In this document: one piece after another, positions 17,895 to 26,958 of the stretch
Layout of the letters: the number at the start of each line of letters is the position of its first letter
Numbering within the stretch: the first letter of the stretch is position 1
DNA from: Candidatus Latescibacterota bacterium
GTDB lineage: Bacteria; Latescibacterota; UBA2968; UBA8231
Length of the DNA stretch: 64,000 nucleotides
Assembly (NCBI GenBank): GCA_965248265.1
Contig: CBDFJF010000001.1
Location: 960,001-1,024,000, forward strand
Direction of reading: 5' to 3'
Translations under genes and position numbers: made by a program
Notes under the pieces: model-generated
What the model saw: only the letters and a program-made list of their open reading frames with translations
Told to the model about the DNA's origin: nothing
Database searches by the model: none

Positions 17895-18143
17895 TCACGA
17901 CTCGCCTCGGATGAATTGCCGAATCAGGCGCTCGAAGCGCGCACCGTAGATGGTGTCGTAGAGGTCCATTTGATCAGGAATGATCCAACCCACCTGAAAC
18001 CGCACAGATGCCGCCAGTTCACAGGCCGCGTCTTCATCGACCAGCCCATTCTGGATGCGGTCGCAGACGTCGTCAACGATATCGCGAATCATCGCCAGTT
18101 GTTGGGATTCATGAGTGTGTTTGAGGTGCGATATCGAAGGCAC
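17895..18143 (-). CDS. Small hypothetical protein (82 aa)
   Basis: GGAG RBS upstream; helical sequence ending PDQMDLYDTIYGARFERLIRQF. Confidence 0.6.
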   Translation of the reverse strand: MPSISHLKHTHESQQLAMIRDIVDDVCDRIQNGLVDEDAACELAASVRFQVGWIIPDQMDLYDTIYGARFERLIRQFIRGES

Positions 18144-18323
18144 TGCTCCGCTCCTTCTGACCTGCGGTTATGGCATCGGCAGGTCCCAGCGACTTCAGAG
18201 AAATCCGCACTTGCTTCGAGCTGGCTTCTGGTGGTGGCCTTCAGTATGCTGCCATCATCGGATCGACGCTCGACGGATTCTGAGCTCCAATGGAATGTAC
18301 GACATGGTGAGGTCCACTGCTGT

Positions 18324-18410
18324 GAAACAACGGACGAAGCCAGATTCTTGGTGTTGGACCGCATTGCTGGCGTTCATTGGTCTGTTGTCATTACCTATCG
18401 GGAAGATCGT
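18324..18410 (+). pseudogene. BrnT-family toxin fragment
   Basis: TDEARFLVLDRIAGVHWSVVITYREDR resembles the BrnT core; both termini missing. Confidence 0.5.
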
Positions 18411-18472
18411 TGCAAGGAGCTTCGCGGGGAATCCCTAATCGACAGTGCCAGCAGCTAACAGAGGAAGATACC

Positions 18473-19675
18473 ATGTTCAGGAAGGGGAGTTCGGGAGATA
18501 TCTTCATTCACCCCTGGGATATTACGGACGAAGGCATCGATGCGTGCTTCGACTATCTGGGCGATACGTGCGGCCTCAACCAGATATCAGTCGCCGCGGT
18601 TTATCACTCGGGTACCTTCGTCCTGCCGCACAACCCCAAGCATCTCGTGCGCTGGGACGACGGATCCGCCTTCTTCACGCCCCAGCATTCTCGCTGGAGG
18701 GAGACCCGGTTGCGCCCGATCCTGGGCGACTGTGTGGATACGTCCGGATACATGACCCGTATCGTCGACAACGCCCGCAGGCGCGATTGGGATGTTCTCT
18801 TCTTCACGGTCTTCCACTTCAGCCACAGCGTTGCCCAGCGCTATCCGGATGCCTGTTGTGTGGACGCGATGGGGGAACGCAACCGCGGCGACTTGTGTCC
18901 AGGCAATCCAGACGTGCGCGCGTACGATCTGGCCATCGTCGAGGACCTGATGGCCACGTACGAAGGAGACGGCATACGTCACGAGTCCCTGGGATTCTCT
19001 GGCTGGGGCGGCCACTTCGTGCGCAACAAGGTGGGCCTGATGCCCTCCCCCCGGGACCGGTACCTGCTGGGGCTGTGCTTTTGTGGTCACTGCATGGAAC
19101 GGGCTCGCAAAGCAGGGTGTGACGCCGTCGCGCTGCGGCGGGTGATCTGCGAGCACCTCTATGAGAGCGTGCCGAAGAATCCGGACGAATGGGACGTCGG
19201 CCCGCCGGACGAGGAGTGGGCGCGCGCCGCTTTCAGTGGGCAGCTGTGGGCATACCTTGAGGTGCGCTGCGACACGGTCACCAGCCTCTTCGAAGGGGTG
19301 CAGGAGATCGTCGACCGATACGACGGAGCATTGATGGCGGCGGCAGCGGGCAACGACCGGGAGGACCGCGATGTCCTGGGAGGTCTCGACTACTCCCGAC
19401 TGTATCCCCATCTCAAGCGCGTCACGCTACGGCTCAAGGGAGAAGATCCCGAAGAAATGGAGGCCGGACTGGTCGAGGATGTCGCCGGCGCACCGCCGTG
19501 GGCGGAGCCCGAGCTGATGCACAATCAGCGGAGTTTCAGATCCGGAGAGGAGCTGGTGGACCGCCTGCTGATGGCGCGCAGGGCTGGAGTGCGGCACCAC
19601 AATTTTCACTACTACGGAATGACCCGGCGGTTCCAACTGGAGTGGATCGGCCAAGCGCGAGAGGCCTGGAGCTGA
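18473..19675 (+). CDS. Putative TIM-barrel glycoside-hydrolase-like protein
   Basis: HPWD, AAVYHSG, LCPGNPDVRAY, LCFCGHC; GAGG RBS before ATG 18473. Confidence 0.65.
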   Translation: MFRKGSSGDIFIHPWDITDEGIDACFDYLGDTCGLNQISVAAVYHSGTFVLPHNPKHLVRWDDGSAFFTPQHSRWRETRLRPILGDCVDTSGYMTRIVDNARRRDWDVLFFTVFHFSHSVAQRYPDACCVDAMGERNRGDLCPGNPDVRAYDLAIVEDLMATYEGDGIRHESLGFSGWGGHFVRNKVGLMPSPRDRYLLGLCFCGHCMERARKAGCDAVALRRVICEHLYESVPKNPDEWDVGPPDEEWARAAFSGQLWAYLEVRCDTVTSLFEGVQEIVDRYDGALMAAAAGNDREDRDVLGGLDYSRLYPHLKRVTLRLKGEDPEEMEAGLVEDVAGAPPWAEPELMHNQRSFRSGEELVDRLLMARRAGVRHHNFHYYGMTRRFQLEWIGQAREAWS

Positions 19676-19745
19676 GTAGATCGTAACCCTATGCTCACAC
19701 TCACCTTCGGCACATGAACCTGTCTGAAGGAAGGAGCTAGTCGAC

Positions 19746-21209
19746 ATGCGAAATCGACGGACGATCTACCACAACGATGCGCGGCACTACTACCTGTGGC
19801 TGTACGACCCGCCCATGCGAATGAAGGACGCCTGGCGACCCATCGACGACGTAGCGGGCACGGCGGTGGACACGTTCAGCTACTGCGTCGCCCGGGGGGA
19901 CGGACTATTCTATCCGTCGAAGGTAGGGCTGATGTTCGGATCGGCCACGCAGCCGTTCACGAACTCCATCGCTTGGCACGCCTGGCACGCCATGCACAGC
20001 CTGATGGACCGGGGCCTCGATCCGCTGCGGGTTCTTGTTGATCGTGCTCATGACAGGGGGATGGCGTTCTGGGCCGACTTGCGACTCGCTACCTACGGCG
20101 GAATCGATACGAGCCTCGAAGTCGACAACGGCGGCCGGTATTTCGCCGAGAGCGAAGTGCGGGACCACCTGGGAGGCATCGCCCGGGAGTTGGTACTCGA
20201 CTACCCGTCCGATGGGCTTGAACTCGACTTCGCCATTGCCAAGGGCAGCCGACCGTCGTACTTGCAGCCCAGTGACGTGGATAGGTATACACCGATCGTC
20301 ACCCAATGGATCGCCGATCTCGCCGACGCGGTGCGAAGCCGGAACGGCGGCGGCACCATCGGCGTCAGGGTGTTCCCGGTCGAAGAGCTAAACCTGCAGC
20401 AGGGTTTGGACGTGCGCACGTGGCTGGCCGAGGGGATCGTCGATTTCGTCGTGCCAATGATGTACGAGTACAACCGCCTCGACCCGAACATGCCCATGGA
20501 CTGGCTCATCGAGTTGGCGCACGAGCACGACGTTTCGGTTTATGGCATGCTACAGCCCACGGTCCCCGACCAGGAGGTGTCGCTGTCGTCGGACAACCGT
20601 ATCTACCCGACCATCGAGCAGCTTCGGGCGGCGGCGGCGAGCTTCTGGGATCGGGGTGTGGACGGCCTGTACACCTGGTTCATGCGATGGCCGCACAGCG
20701 ACACAGAGAGGTCATTCCTATCCGAGATGGGCAATCCAGACCTGATCGACGAGAAGGACAAGACCTACTTCGTGCTGCGGCGTTCTCAGGAATCGGACAA
20801 CCCCAGCTACGGCGCGCCACTGCCTGTGGTTGTAGCGGAGGCCAACCCGGACGACCTGCATGAAATCCCTTTTTATGTGGCTGATGACATCGCTGCGTCG
20901 GATCGCGTCAGCTCGGCAACGCTGATCATCAAGATCATGAACCTCATCATGGGGGACGCGGTGACCATTCTGCTCAACGGGCACTCGTTGGCAGGCGAGT
21001 CCGTCAAGCGGGACTTTGCCCATAATACGCCCCACGTCGCGCCGCGCGGCATGGACTTGCAGTTCCGCCTGCGTGACGTCTTACCGTTGAAGGGCTGGAA
21101 CACTATACAAATTTCGTTGGACGAGCGGCCGGCGCTCATGGAGGGCGGGATAACCGTCGACCAAGTCGAGCTGCGGGTCCAGTACAGTCCGTACCCATCG
21201 GTGAGGTAG
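19746..21209 (+). CDS. GHL10-like glycoside hydrolase family protein
   Basis: RRTIYHNDARH, GLDPLRVLVDRAH, DGLELDF, GLDVRTWLAEGIVD. Confidence 0.7.
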   Translation: MRNRRTIYHNDARHYYLWLYDPPMRMKDAWRPIDDVAGTAVDTFSYCVARGDGLFYPSKVGLMFGSATQPFTNSIAWHAWHAMHSLMDRGLDPLRVLVDRAHDRGMAFWADLRLATYGGIDTSLEVDNGGRYFAESEVRDHLGGIARELVLDYPSDGLELDFAIAKGSRPSYLQPSDVDRYTPIVTQWIADLADAVRSRNGGGTIGVRVFPVEELNLQQGLDVRTWLAEGIVDFVVPMMYEYNRLDPNMPMDWLIELAHEHDVSVYGMLQPTVPDQEVSLSSDNRIYPTIEQLRAAAASFWDRGVDGLYTWFMRWPHSDTERSFLSEMGNPDLIDEKDKTYFVLRRSQESDNPSYGAPLPVVVAEANPDDLHEIPFYVADDIAASDRVSSATLIIKIMNLIMGDAVTILLNGHSLAGESVKRDFAHNTPHVAPRGMDLQFRLRDVLPLKGWNTIQISLDERPALMEGGITVDQVELRVQYSPYPSVR

Positions 21210-21211
21210 GC

Positions 21212-21982
21212 ATGGACCGGAAGAAGATCCTGATTACCGGCATGAGCGGCCTGATCGGTGGCATCGTGCGTCAGCGACTGCAAGGCAAGCACGACCTGAG
21301 CGCGCTGAACAGGCGGGACGTTGAGGGAGTCGAGTGCCATCGCGCCGACATCGCCGATCTGGACGCGATTCGGCCGGCCTTCGAGGGAGTGGATACGGTC
21401 GTACACCTGGCGGCAATCGCCCGCGCTGAGCCCGACTGGCAGAGCGTTCTCCAGATGAATGTAATCGGCACCTACAACGTCTTTGAAGCTTCGCGCTGCG
21501 CCGGCGTCGAACGGATCATCTACGCCAGCTCTGGCTCCGCCGTTTCCGGATGCGAGCTCGAACAACCCTATAAAGCTCTTGTCGAAGGGGATTACGACAA
21601 TGTGCCGCCTGATTGGAAGCACGTAACGCATCAAACGGTGCCTCGTCCGTCCGGTCTATACGGCTGCAGCAAGGTCTGGGGAGAAGCGCTGGCCAGACAC
21701 TTCGTCGATGAGCACGATCTGTCGATCCTCTGCCTGCGCATAGGCGCTGTGAATGAGGACGATCGACCGCAGATCGCGCGTCACTTTGCCCTGTGGTGCA
21801 GTCACGCGGATATCGCCTCGATGGTCGAGCTCTGCGTGGAGGCGCCCGCCAGTCTCCGCTTCGACATTTTCTATGCCCTCTCGAACAACCGGTGGAGCTA
21901 TCGCGATCTGCAGCACGCCCGGACGATGTTGGGGTTCGTGCCCAAGAAGGCGGCCGAGGACTATCGTTCGCAGTCCTCCTGA
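21212..21982 (+). CDS. NAD-dependent epimerase/dehydratase (uronate dehydrogenase-like SDR)
   Basis: TGMSGLIG, YASS, YGCSKVWGE, CLRIG. Confidence 0.88.
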   Translation: MDRKKILITGMSGLIGGIVRQRLQGKHDLSALNRRDVEGVECHRADIADLDAIRPAFEGVDTVVHLAAIARAEPDWQSVLQMNVIGTYNVFEASRCAGVERIIYASSGSAVSGCELEQPYKALVEGDYDNVPPDWKHVTHQTVPRPSGLYGCSKVWGEALARHFVDEHDLSILCLRIGAVNEDDRPQIARHFALWCSHADIASMVELCVEAPASLRFDIFYALSNNRWSYRDLQHARTMLGFVPKKAAEDYRSQSS

Positions 21983-22002
21983 TCGACTCGAGTGCTTGCG
22001 CT

Positions 22003-23610
22003 ATGCCACTCTCCTCTCGGACAAACCGGCGCGTTGCGGCGAGGCTATCGATTTGCGCTTTCCTTCCTGCGTTTGTGTCCGGTGCGTCCCTTGGACAGCC
22101 GGAGATATCCGTCTCTGGCACTGTCGTAAATCAACGGGGTGAGCCGGTTTCGGACGTCACACTGCGGTGGACACATTCTAGCCACGATGTCGCCGAGACG
22201 ACCACTAACGCAACCGGAGCCTATGTGGTCTCCCTGGCAACGCCAACGGTGATCGAAGCTGGCGCTCGGATTGTCCCGAGTAGGACAGAGCTGTTGCAGA
22301 ACTATCCGAATCCTTTCAATCCTGGGACGACGATTCCTCTCCGGGTCTCCGATCGAGCTGGCCTGGTGTCACTCGACATATACAATGCGCTTGGACAGAA
22401 GGTTCGCCGTCTGCTCTGGGAATCTCTGTCTGGTGGTCAGTATGAGATCCGCTGGAATGGTATGACCGACGCTGGATTCCCTGCCGCAGCCGGAGTCTAC
22501 TTGTTGGTGTTGACAAGTGATAGCGCCGTCGAAGTTCGCAAAATGCTTCGGCTCGACGGCGGTGGAGTGATGTCTGCCGACGCTGTCGGCGTCACGCCAG
22601 CATCGATAGATCACGCCGGCAAGCCATCTGCTGCCTTGGCGCATGGCGAAGGAACCGAGTACACGGTGGCGTTGTCGGCGCATCACATCCTCGACCGAAT
22701 AGAAACCCTGATCGTCGGTGGTGAGCCCGGGATCATCGATTTTGTCGTGGATGAACGCTTCGTGTGGACGACGAAAGCGCCGATGCCAATCGCTCGCCAG
22801 GAGATAACCGCAGCGACCCACGATGACCTGATCTATATCTTCGGAGGACTGGACGACGAATCTACATCACTCGATCTCGTCGACGTGTATAACCCCGCAA
22901 CGGACACTTGGGTCGGTAAGAGTCCGATGCCGTTGACGCTCAACCATCTCGCCGCTGTGACGGTCGGCGATCACATCTACGTCCTCGGAGGATACATCTC
23001 CTCCTCACGAGAGATCTCAAACCAGACCTGGCAGTACGATCCAACGGATGATACCTGGGCTAGAAAGACAGACATGCCCGCCCCTCGAGGCGCGCACGGA
23101 GCTGCAGTGATAGATGGCCTTGCGTACGTCGTGGGTGGGATCAGCCCCGATGGCAGTGAGGACCTCGTGATGATATACGACCCACGTCAGGACATCTGGA
23201 TGAGGGGCGCCTCGATGCCAGTTCTTTCAGAGCATCTCGCCGTGGGGGCAGCGGACGGGAAGGTCTTCGCGATATCGGGGCGATTTTCCGGTAGCCGTGA
23301 CGAAGTACAGGCGTATGACGTTGCCACTGACTCCTGGGAGCTGCGCAGTCGGATCCCTACACCGCGCAGTGGTATCGCTGCATTGTCCTGGTCGGGGCAG
23401 ATTTATGTCTTCGGAGGCGAACTTCCGGGCGTGTTCGCTGAGAACGAAGTCTACGATCCGGTGGCCGATCACTGGGGTAGTGGACCACCCATGCCGACTG
23501 CCCGGCACGGGCTCGCAGGCGGCCTCGTGGACGGGAAATTCTATATCATCGGCGGCGGGACCGTGGCCGGGTTACGGGCGACGGATGTGGTCGAAGAATA
23601 CGTCCCATGA
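22003..23610 (+). CDS. Secreted Kelch-repeat protein with internal FlgD/T9SS-CTD-like Ig domain
   Basis: LLQNYPNPFNPGTTI...DIYNALGQKVR...WNG...GVY followed by six Kelch repeats (IYIFGG...YNP..DTW); start uncertain. Confidence 0.82.
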   Translation: MPLSSRTNRRVAARLSICAFLPAFVSGASLGQPEISVSGTVVNQRGEPVSDVTLRWTHSSHDVAETTTNATGAYVVSLATPTVIEAGARIVPSRTELLQNYPNPFNPGTTIPLRVSDRAGLVSLDIYNALGQKVRRLLWESLSGGQYEIRWNGMTDAGFPAAAGVYLLVLTSDSAVEVRKMLRLDGGGVMSADAVGVTPASIDHAGKPSAALAHGEGTEYTVALSAHHILDRIETLIVGGEPGIIDFVVDERFVWTTKAPMPIARQEITAATHDDLIYIFGGLDDESTSLDLVDVYNPATDTWVGKSPMPLTLNHLAAVTVGDHIYVLGGYISSSREISNQTWQYDPTDDTWARKTDMPAPRGAHGAAVIDGLAYVVGGISPDGSEDLVMIYDPRQDIWMRGASMPVLSEHLAVGAADGKVFAISGRFSGSRDEVQAYDVATDSWELRSRIPTPRSGIAALSWSGQIYVFGGELPGVFAENEVYDPVADHWGSGPPMPTARHGLAGGLVDGKFYIIGGGTVAGLRATDVVEEYVP

Positions 23611-24311
23611 AGCAACCCCGTTTTCGAGGTGGCAGATTCAACCAGCCGGACCTGCGTAACGACCCACGGATAATGAGTCTGACCAGCTTTCAACGTGGCC
23701 AGCCCATTCTCTACCGAGAGGTCGACGCGCGCCGCAAGATCATTACCGATGTGAAGCCTGTCACCGTGGTCGAGGATTCAGATACCCAGGTTGTGCTTTG
23801 GTTGCCACTGGATACACCGTCGAAGAAACCTGTGCTCCATAGTCGCATTCCAGGGAAATCACGTCGGTGGACTGAAGGGAACTGGTCGCTTCAGGACTCG
23901 GTTTGGCGATGGGCAGAGCTTCTGATCATAATCAAGCCTGATCAGCTACGTGCAACGTGGGTCAAATGGTCAAGAGAGCGCATATTTCAGGGGTGGTACG
24001 TGAACATGCAGAGCAACCTGGTGTGCACGGGGCTTGGATTCGACATCAGGGACCACAGTCTCGACATACTCGTTGAACCAGATCGAGAATGGCGATGGAA
24101 AGACGAGGAAGAACTCGACATATGTGTTGAGGACGGGCGAATAGAACCTACGCACGCCAAAGACATCAGAGCAGAGGGACTACGTGCGGTAGCGGAGATC
24201 GAGAGCAACGAAGGTCCATTCTCGGAGGGCTGGGAGGACTGGTATCCCGACCCGACGTTTCCGCGTCCAGAGCTGACCTCCGACTGGAATGACCTGTCAA
24301 TGTACTCCTGA
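23607..24311 (+). CDS. DUF402-family protein
   Basis: PVTVVED, FQGWYVNMQ, DHSLDILVEPDREWRWKDEEE. Confidence 0.8.
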   Translation: MKQPRFRGGRFNQPDLRNDPRIMSLTSFQRGQPILYREVDARRKIITDVKPVTVVEDSDTQVVLWLPLDTPSKKPVLHSRIPGKSRRWTEGNWSLQDSVWRWAELLIIIKPDQLRATWVKWSRERIFQGWYVNMQSNLVCTGLGFDIRDHSLDILVEPDREWRWKDEEELDICVEDGRIEPTHAKDIRAEGLRAVAEIESNEGPFSEGWEDWYPDPTFPRPELTSDWNDLSMYS

Positions 24312-24552
24312 GAGATCTGTACCTAACTGTAGCCGAAATGCAAGACCGCCATTTGCTGACTTGTCCGTCGGAATGAGATCCCCGACTTCAAGGGAGACGG
24401 TTGGATGACCACAGATTACTTGGATTTTCTCCAGAAAGAGTGGGGTTATACCGGAGGAGAATCGTGATTCCGCCACCGACCGTCGCGTCCTATGTATGAT
24501 GGTCGAGTATCCGTGCGGAGAGTGTGCACGTATCGGTAAAGGCTTCGCGTAA

Positions 24553-25623
24553 ATGAATCGCAATCATAGGAAGAGAAGGGCACTCACACGGCGTGTCGGC
24601 GCACTGTGCTGTGTGCTCTTCTCAATCCCAGCTTCCCGAGCGGCTGAATCAACCCAGTTGGGCATCTGCTGGGTCGCGGCAACCGAACCCGTGGGGTTGG
24701 AAGACTTCGAGCCACTGCTACGCAATCGAATCAATTGGATCTCCCAGACCACATTTGGCTGGCATCGCGATGCTCGTTCCCCCAAGATTCAACTGCGGCC
24801 GGATGCAGACTGGTGGGGTGAAAGTGACGCTGGAATAATTCAAACCGCAGCATTAGCTCGACAAGCTGGGATCAAAACATTGCTGAAACCCCACATCTGG
24901 GGGCGCCACTGGAGCGGTGATATTGCGATGCGCAGCGAGTCCGCGTGGAGTGAGTGGTTTGAAAACTACCGGAAGTTTGCTCTGCACTACGCCAATCTGG
25001 CCGAGAATGCGGGCATTGAGGCCTTTTGTATTGGAACGGAATTGCAGGGCACTACAATGCGCGAGAATGATTGGCGAGCCATTATCGCCGACGTTCGCAA
25101 GGTATACAAGGGACCGTTGATGTACGCGGCGAATTGGAGTGGAGAATTTGAGCAGGTCCGGTTTTGGGATGCGCTAGACTTCATTGGAATCCAGGCGTAT
25201 TTTCCGGTCGCTGAGCGCGAGAATCCGACCGTTCCGGAAATGCTGCTAAAATGGGAGGAGCACATAGCCCGCATAGAGGCTGTTCACAAAGCATACAAGA
25301 AGCCCGTCGTGATCACGGAAGTGGGTTATCGAAGTGAATCGAATACGGCAATCCGCCCTTGGGAATGGGAACCGCCTCAGCCGGGTGAGCAGTCTGATAC
25401 TGAAGGCTTCACTCAAGAAGGCCTTGAGACACAGGCTGATTGCTACCAGGCATTTTTCAAAGCCTTGTCGGGAAACGCCTGGCTTGCGGGAACGTACATA
25501 TGGAAGTGGCATCCTCCGCCCAACGAAAGGGCCATGCGATCCCCGGGTCCTTTTACTCCACAGGGCAGGCCTGCAGAGGCAGTCCTGAGAAATTGGTATC
25601 ATCGGATGGCGATATCAGACTGA
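24553..25623 (+). CDS. Glycoside hydrolase family 113-like protein
   Basis: LLKPHIW, CIGTEL, YAANW, LDFIGIQAYFP, ITEVGYRS, WKW. Confidence 0.85.
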   Translation: MNRNHRKRRALTRRVGALCCVLFSIPASRAAESTQLGICWVAATEPVGLEDFEPLLRNRINWISQTTFGWHRDARSPKIQLRPDADWWGESDAGIIQTAALARQAGIKTLLKPHIWGRHWSGDIAMRSESAWSEWFENYRKFALHYANLAENAGIEAFCIGTELQGTTMRENDWRAIIADVRKVYKGPLMYAANWSGEFEQVRFWDALDFIGIQAYFPVAERENPTVPEMLLKWEEHIARIEAVHKAYKKPVVITEVGYRSESNTAIRPWEWEPPQPGEQSDTEGFTQEGLETQADCYQAFFKALSGNAWLAGTYIWKWHPPPNERAMRSPGPFTPQGRPAEAVLRNWYHRMAISD

Positions 25624-25706
25624 TTCCTTTTGCTCAACGCAGTTTACCCCCTAAGCCGTCTTGAAGGCTTTTGGCCGTTGGTAGCGGTCACTCGACAGGA
25701 GTACAT

Positions 25707-26546
25707 GTGCGAATCGGACTGATATCAGACACTCATTGTCCGCAGCGATGTCCACACTACCCCGCCACGCTTGGTCAGGTATTTCGTGCAGTCGACCTGA
25801 TCCTGCATGCGGGAGATGTGGGTGAGCTCTGGGTGTTGGAGGCACTCGGCAACATCGCACCTGTTGTTGCTGTCCACGGAAACGATGAGACTGATGAAGC
25901 TCAGCGCCAGTTGCCCTTTGAGCAGATCGTATCAGTCGAGGGGAGGCGGTTACTCCTATCCCACGGCCACGAGACGAGCCAAGAACGGGAGCTCGAGGCA
26001 CGAGCCGGTGACGCCTGGCCCCCGAAGCTGGAGAGGCGCCTGAAACGGGCTAAAGACGCAGATGCGGAGATCTTCATACATGGCCATACCCATATCCCTA
26101 TGTGCTGGACCAAGACTGGACTCACCTTGATCAACCCTGGCGCGATTGCTTCGTGCAACGCAATCTCTCGACAGGTAACCCAGACCGTTGCGATTCTCGA
26201 TATCGCTGGAAATGGGTCACCGCGCGTCCGGCACATCGACCTGTCCAAGCCAGATGCACCGTTTGATCCGCGTTTCGACGTCAAATCCGGCTTCAGGAAT
26301 TCGTTGGCGCGTTTCTCGGAATCGATTGCGGAGCCTGAGATTGAGAATTGCCTGACGCGCGACTGGTTGGATGGCCTCGAGGATTTCGGGGCGTTCAGGG
26401 CATGTTGCCTGCGTCTTTCTCACGAATGTTGGCGTGGCGAGCGACAACAGATCACTGTGCTTGACGTTATTGCTGCTGTCAGGAATGACCCGAAAGTCAC
26501 AAACAGGGACAAGGAAAGGTGTGAAGCCGTGTTCACGGAGATGTGA
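25707..26546 (+). CDS. Metallophosphoesterase (YfcE-like)
   Basis: ISDTH, HAGD, HGND, HGH, HGHTH, INPG; GTG start after AGGAG. Confidence 0.85.
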   Translation: MRIGLISDTHCPQRCPHYPATLGQVFRAVDLILHAGDVGELWVLEALGNIAPVVAVHGNDETDEAQRQLPFEQIVSVEGRRLLLSHGHETSQERELEARAGDAWPPKLERRLKRAKDADAEIFIHGHTHIPMCWTKTGLTLINPGAIASCNAISRQVTQTVAILDIAGNGSPRVRHIDLSKPDAPFDPRFDVKSGFRNSLARFSESIAEPEIENCLTRDWLDGLEDFGAFRACCLRLSHECWRGERQQITVLDVIAAVRNDPKVTNRDKERCEAVFTEM

Positions 26547-26560
26547 TTACCGCCCCATCC

Positions 26561-26589
26561 TTGACAACGTGCCTGACGCATCGGATATT
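26561..26589 (+). promoter_or_regulatory. sigma70-type promoter of the Gln-leader/tRNA operon
   Basis: TTGACA 26561-26566, 17 bp, GATATT 26584-26589; expected +1 falls at about ATG 26597. Confidence 0.65.
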
Positions 26590-26596
26590 GCGTGGC

Positions 26597-26680
26597 ATGA
26601 GAAATAGCCGCCTTCAGCGTCAGCAACAACAGCAACAGCGAATCCAGAGTTCGTTGGGGCAGCGGCCATCTATGTATTAG
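26597..26680 (+). CDS. Gln-rich attenuator leader peptide MRNSRLQRQQQQQQRIQSSLGQRPSMY
   Basis: 27 codons, 9 Gln, six consecutive (CAG CAA CAA CAG CAA CAG, 26621-26638); overlaps the antiterminator segment; directly upstream of two tRNA-Gln genes. Confidence 0.85.
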   Translation: MRNSRLQRQQQQQQRIQSSLGQRPSMY

Positions 26681-26702
26681 CACGACTGCAAATACTGAGA
26701 TT

Positions 26703-26743
26703 AAAAGCCCCAGCGGACCTTGAGTTCGTTGGGGCTTTTTTTT
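26703..26743 (+). terminator. Intrinsic terminator (attenuator) upstream of the tRNA genes
   Basis: gccccagcggac-cttga-gttcgttggggc followed by T8; the 3' arm gagttcgttggggc is repeated exactly at 26647-26660. Confidence 0.9.
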
Positions 26744-26748
26744 GTTCT

Positions 26749-26820
26749 TGCGGCGTCGTCTAACTGGCAGGATGGCAGGTCCTGACCCTGCAGATCGAGG
26801 TTCGAATCCTCGCGCCGCAG
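26749..26820 (+). tRNA. trnQ: tRNA-Gln (anticodon CTG), atypical C33, CCA not encoded
   Basis: Acceptor TGCGGCG/CGCCGCA, G73; anticodon stem GCAGG/CCTGC, loop TC-CTG-AC; T arm CGAGG-TTCGAAT-CCTCG; followed by CCG. Confidence 0.88.
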
Positions 26821-26831
26821 CCGAATATCGC

Positions 26832-26906
26832 TGGGGTGTCGTCTAACTGGCAGGACACCGGGCCTTGGACTCGGGAATCGGGGTTCGAACCCTCGCACCC
26901 CAGCCA
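26832..26906 (+). tRNA. trnQ: tRNA-Gln (anticodon TTG), atypical C33
   Basis: Acceptor TGGGGTG/CACCCCA, G73, CCA; anticodon stem CCGGG/CTCGG, loop CC-TTG-GA; T arm CGGGG-TTCGAAC-CCTCG. Confidence 0.9.
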
Positions 26907-26958
26907 AATCCGAACTGAAGACACGGTACTGGAGTAATCGGTGCTTACGGAGACTGCG

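Noticed and set aside
26597-26745. T-box riboswitch
   Set aside because: No T-box consensus (AGGGTGGNACCGCG-like) or stem I is visible; the Gln-codon ORF explains the switch.
26863-26869. Reading the second tRNA as Pro(TGG) or the first as Arg(CCT) to restore U33
   Set aside because: Shifting the loop by one base destroys the anticodon stem; U1-A72, G73 and the upstream Gln codon run support Gln.
26701-26907. 68-aa ORF on the minus strand
   Set aside because: Antisense shadow of the tRNA genes.
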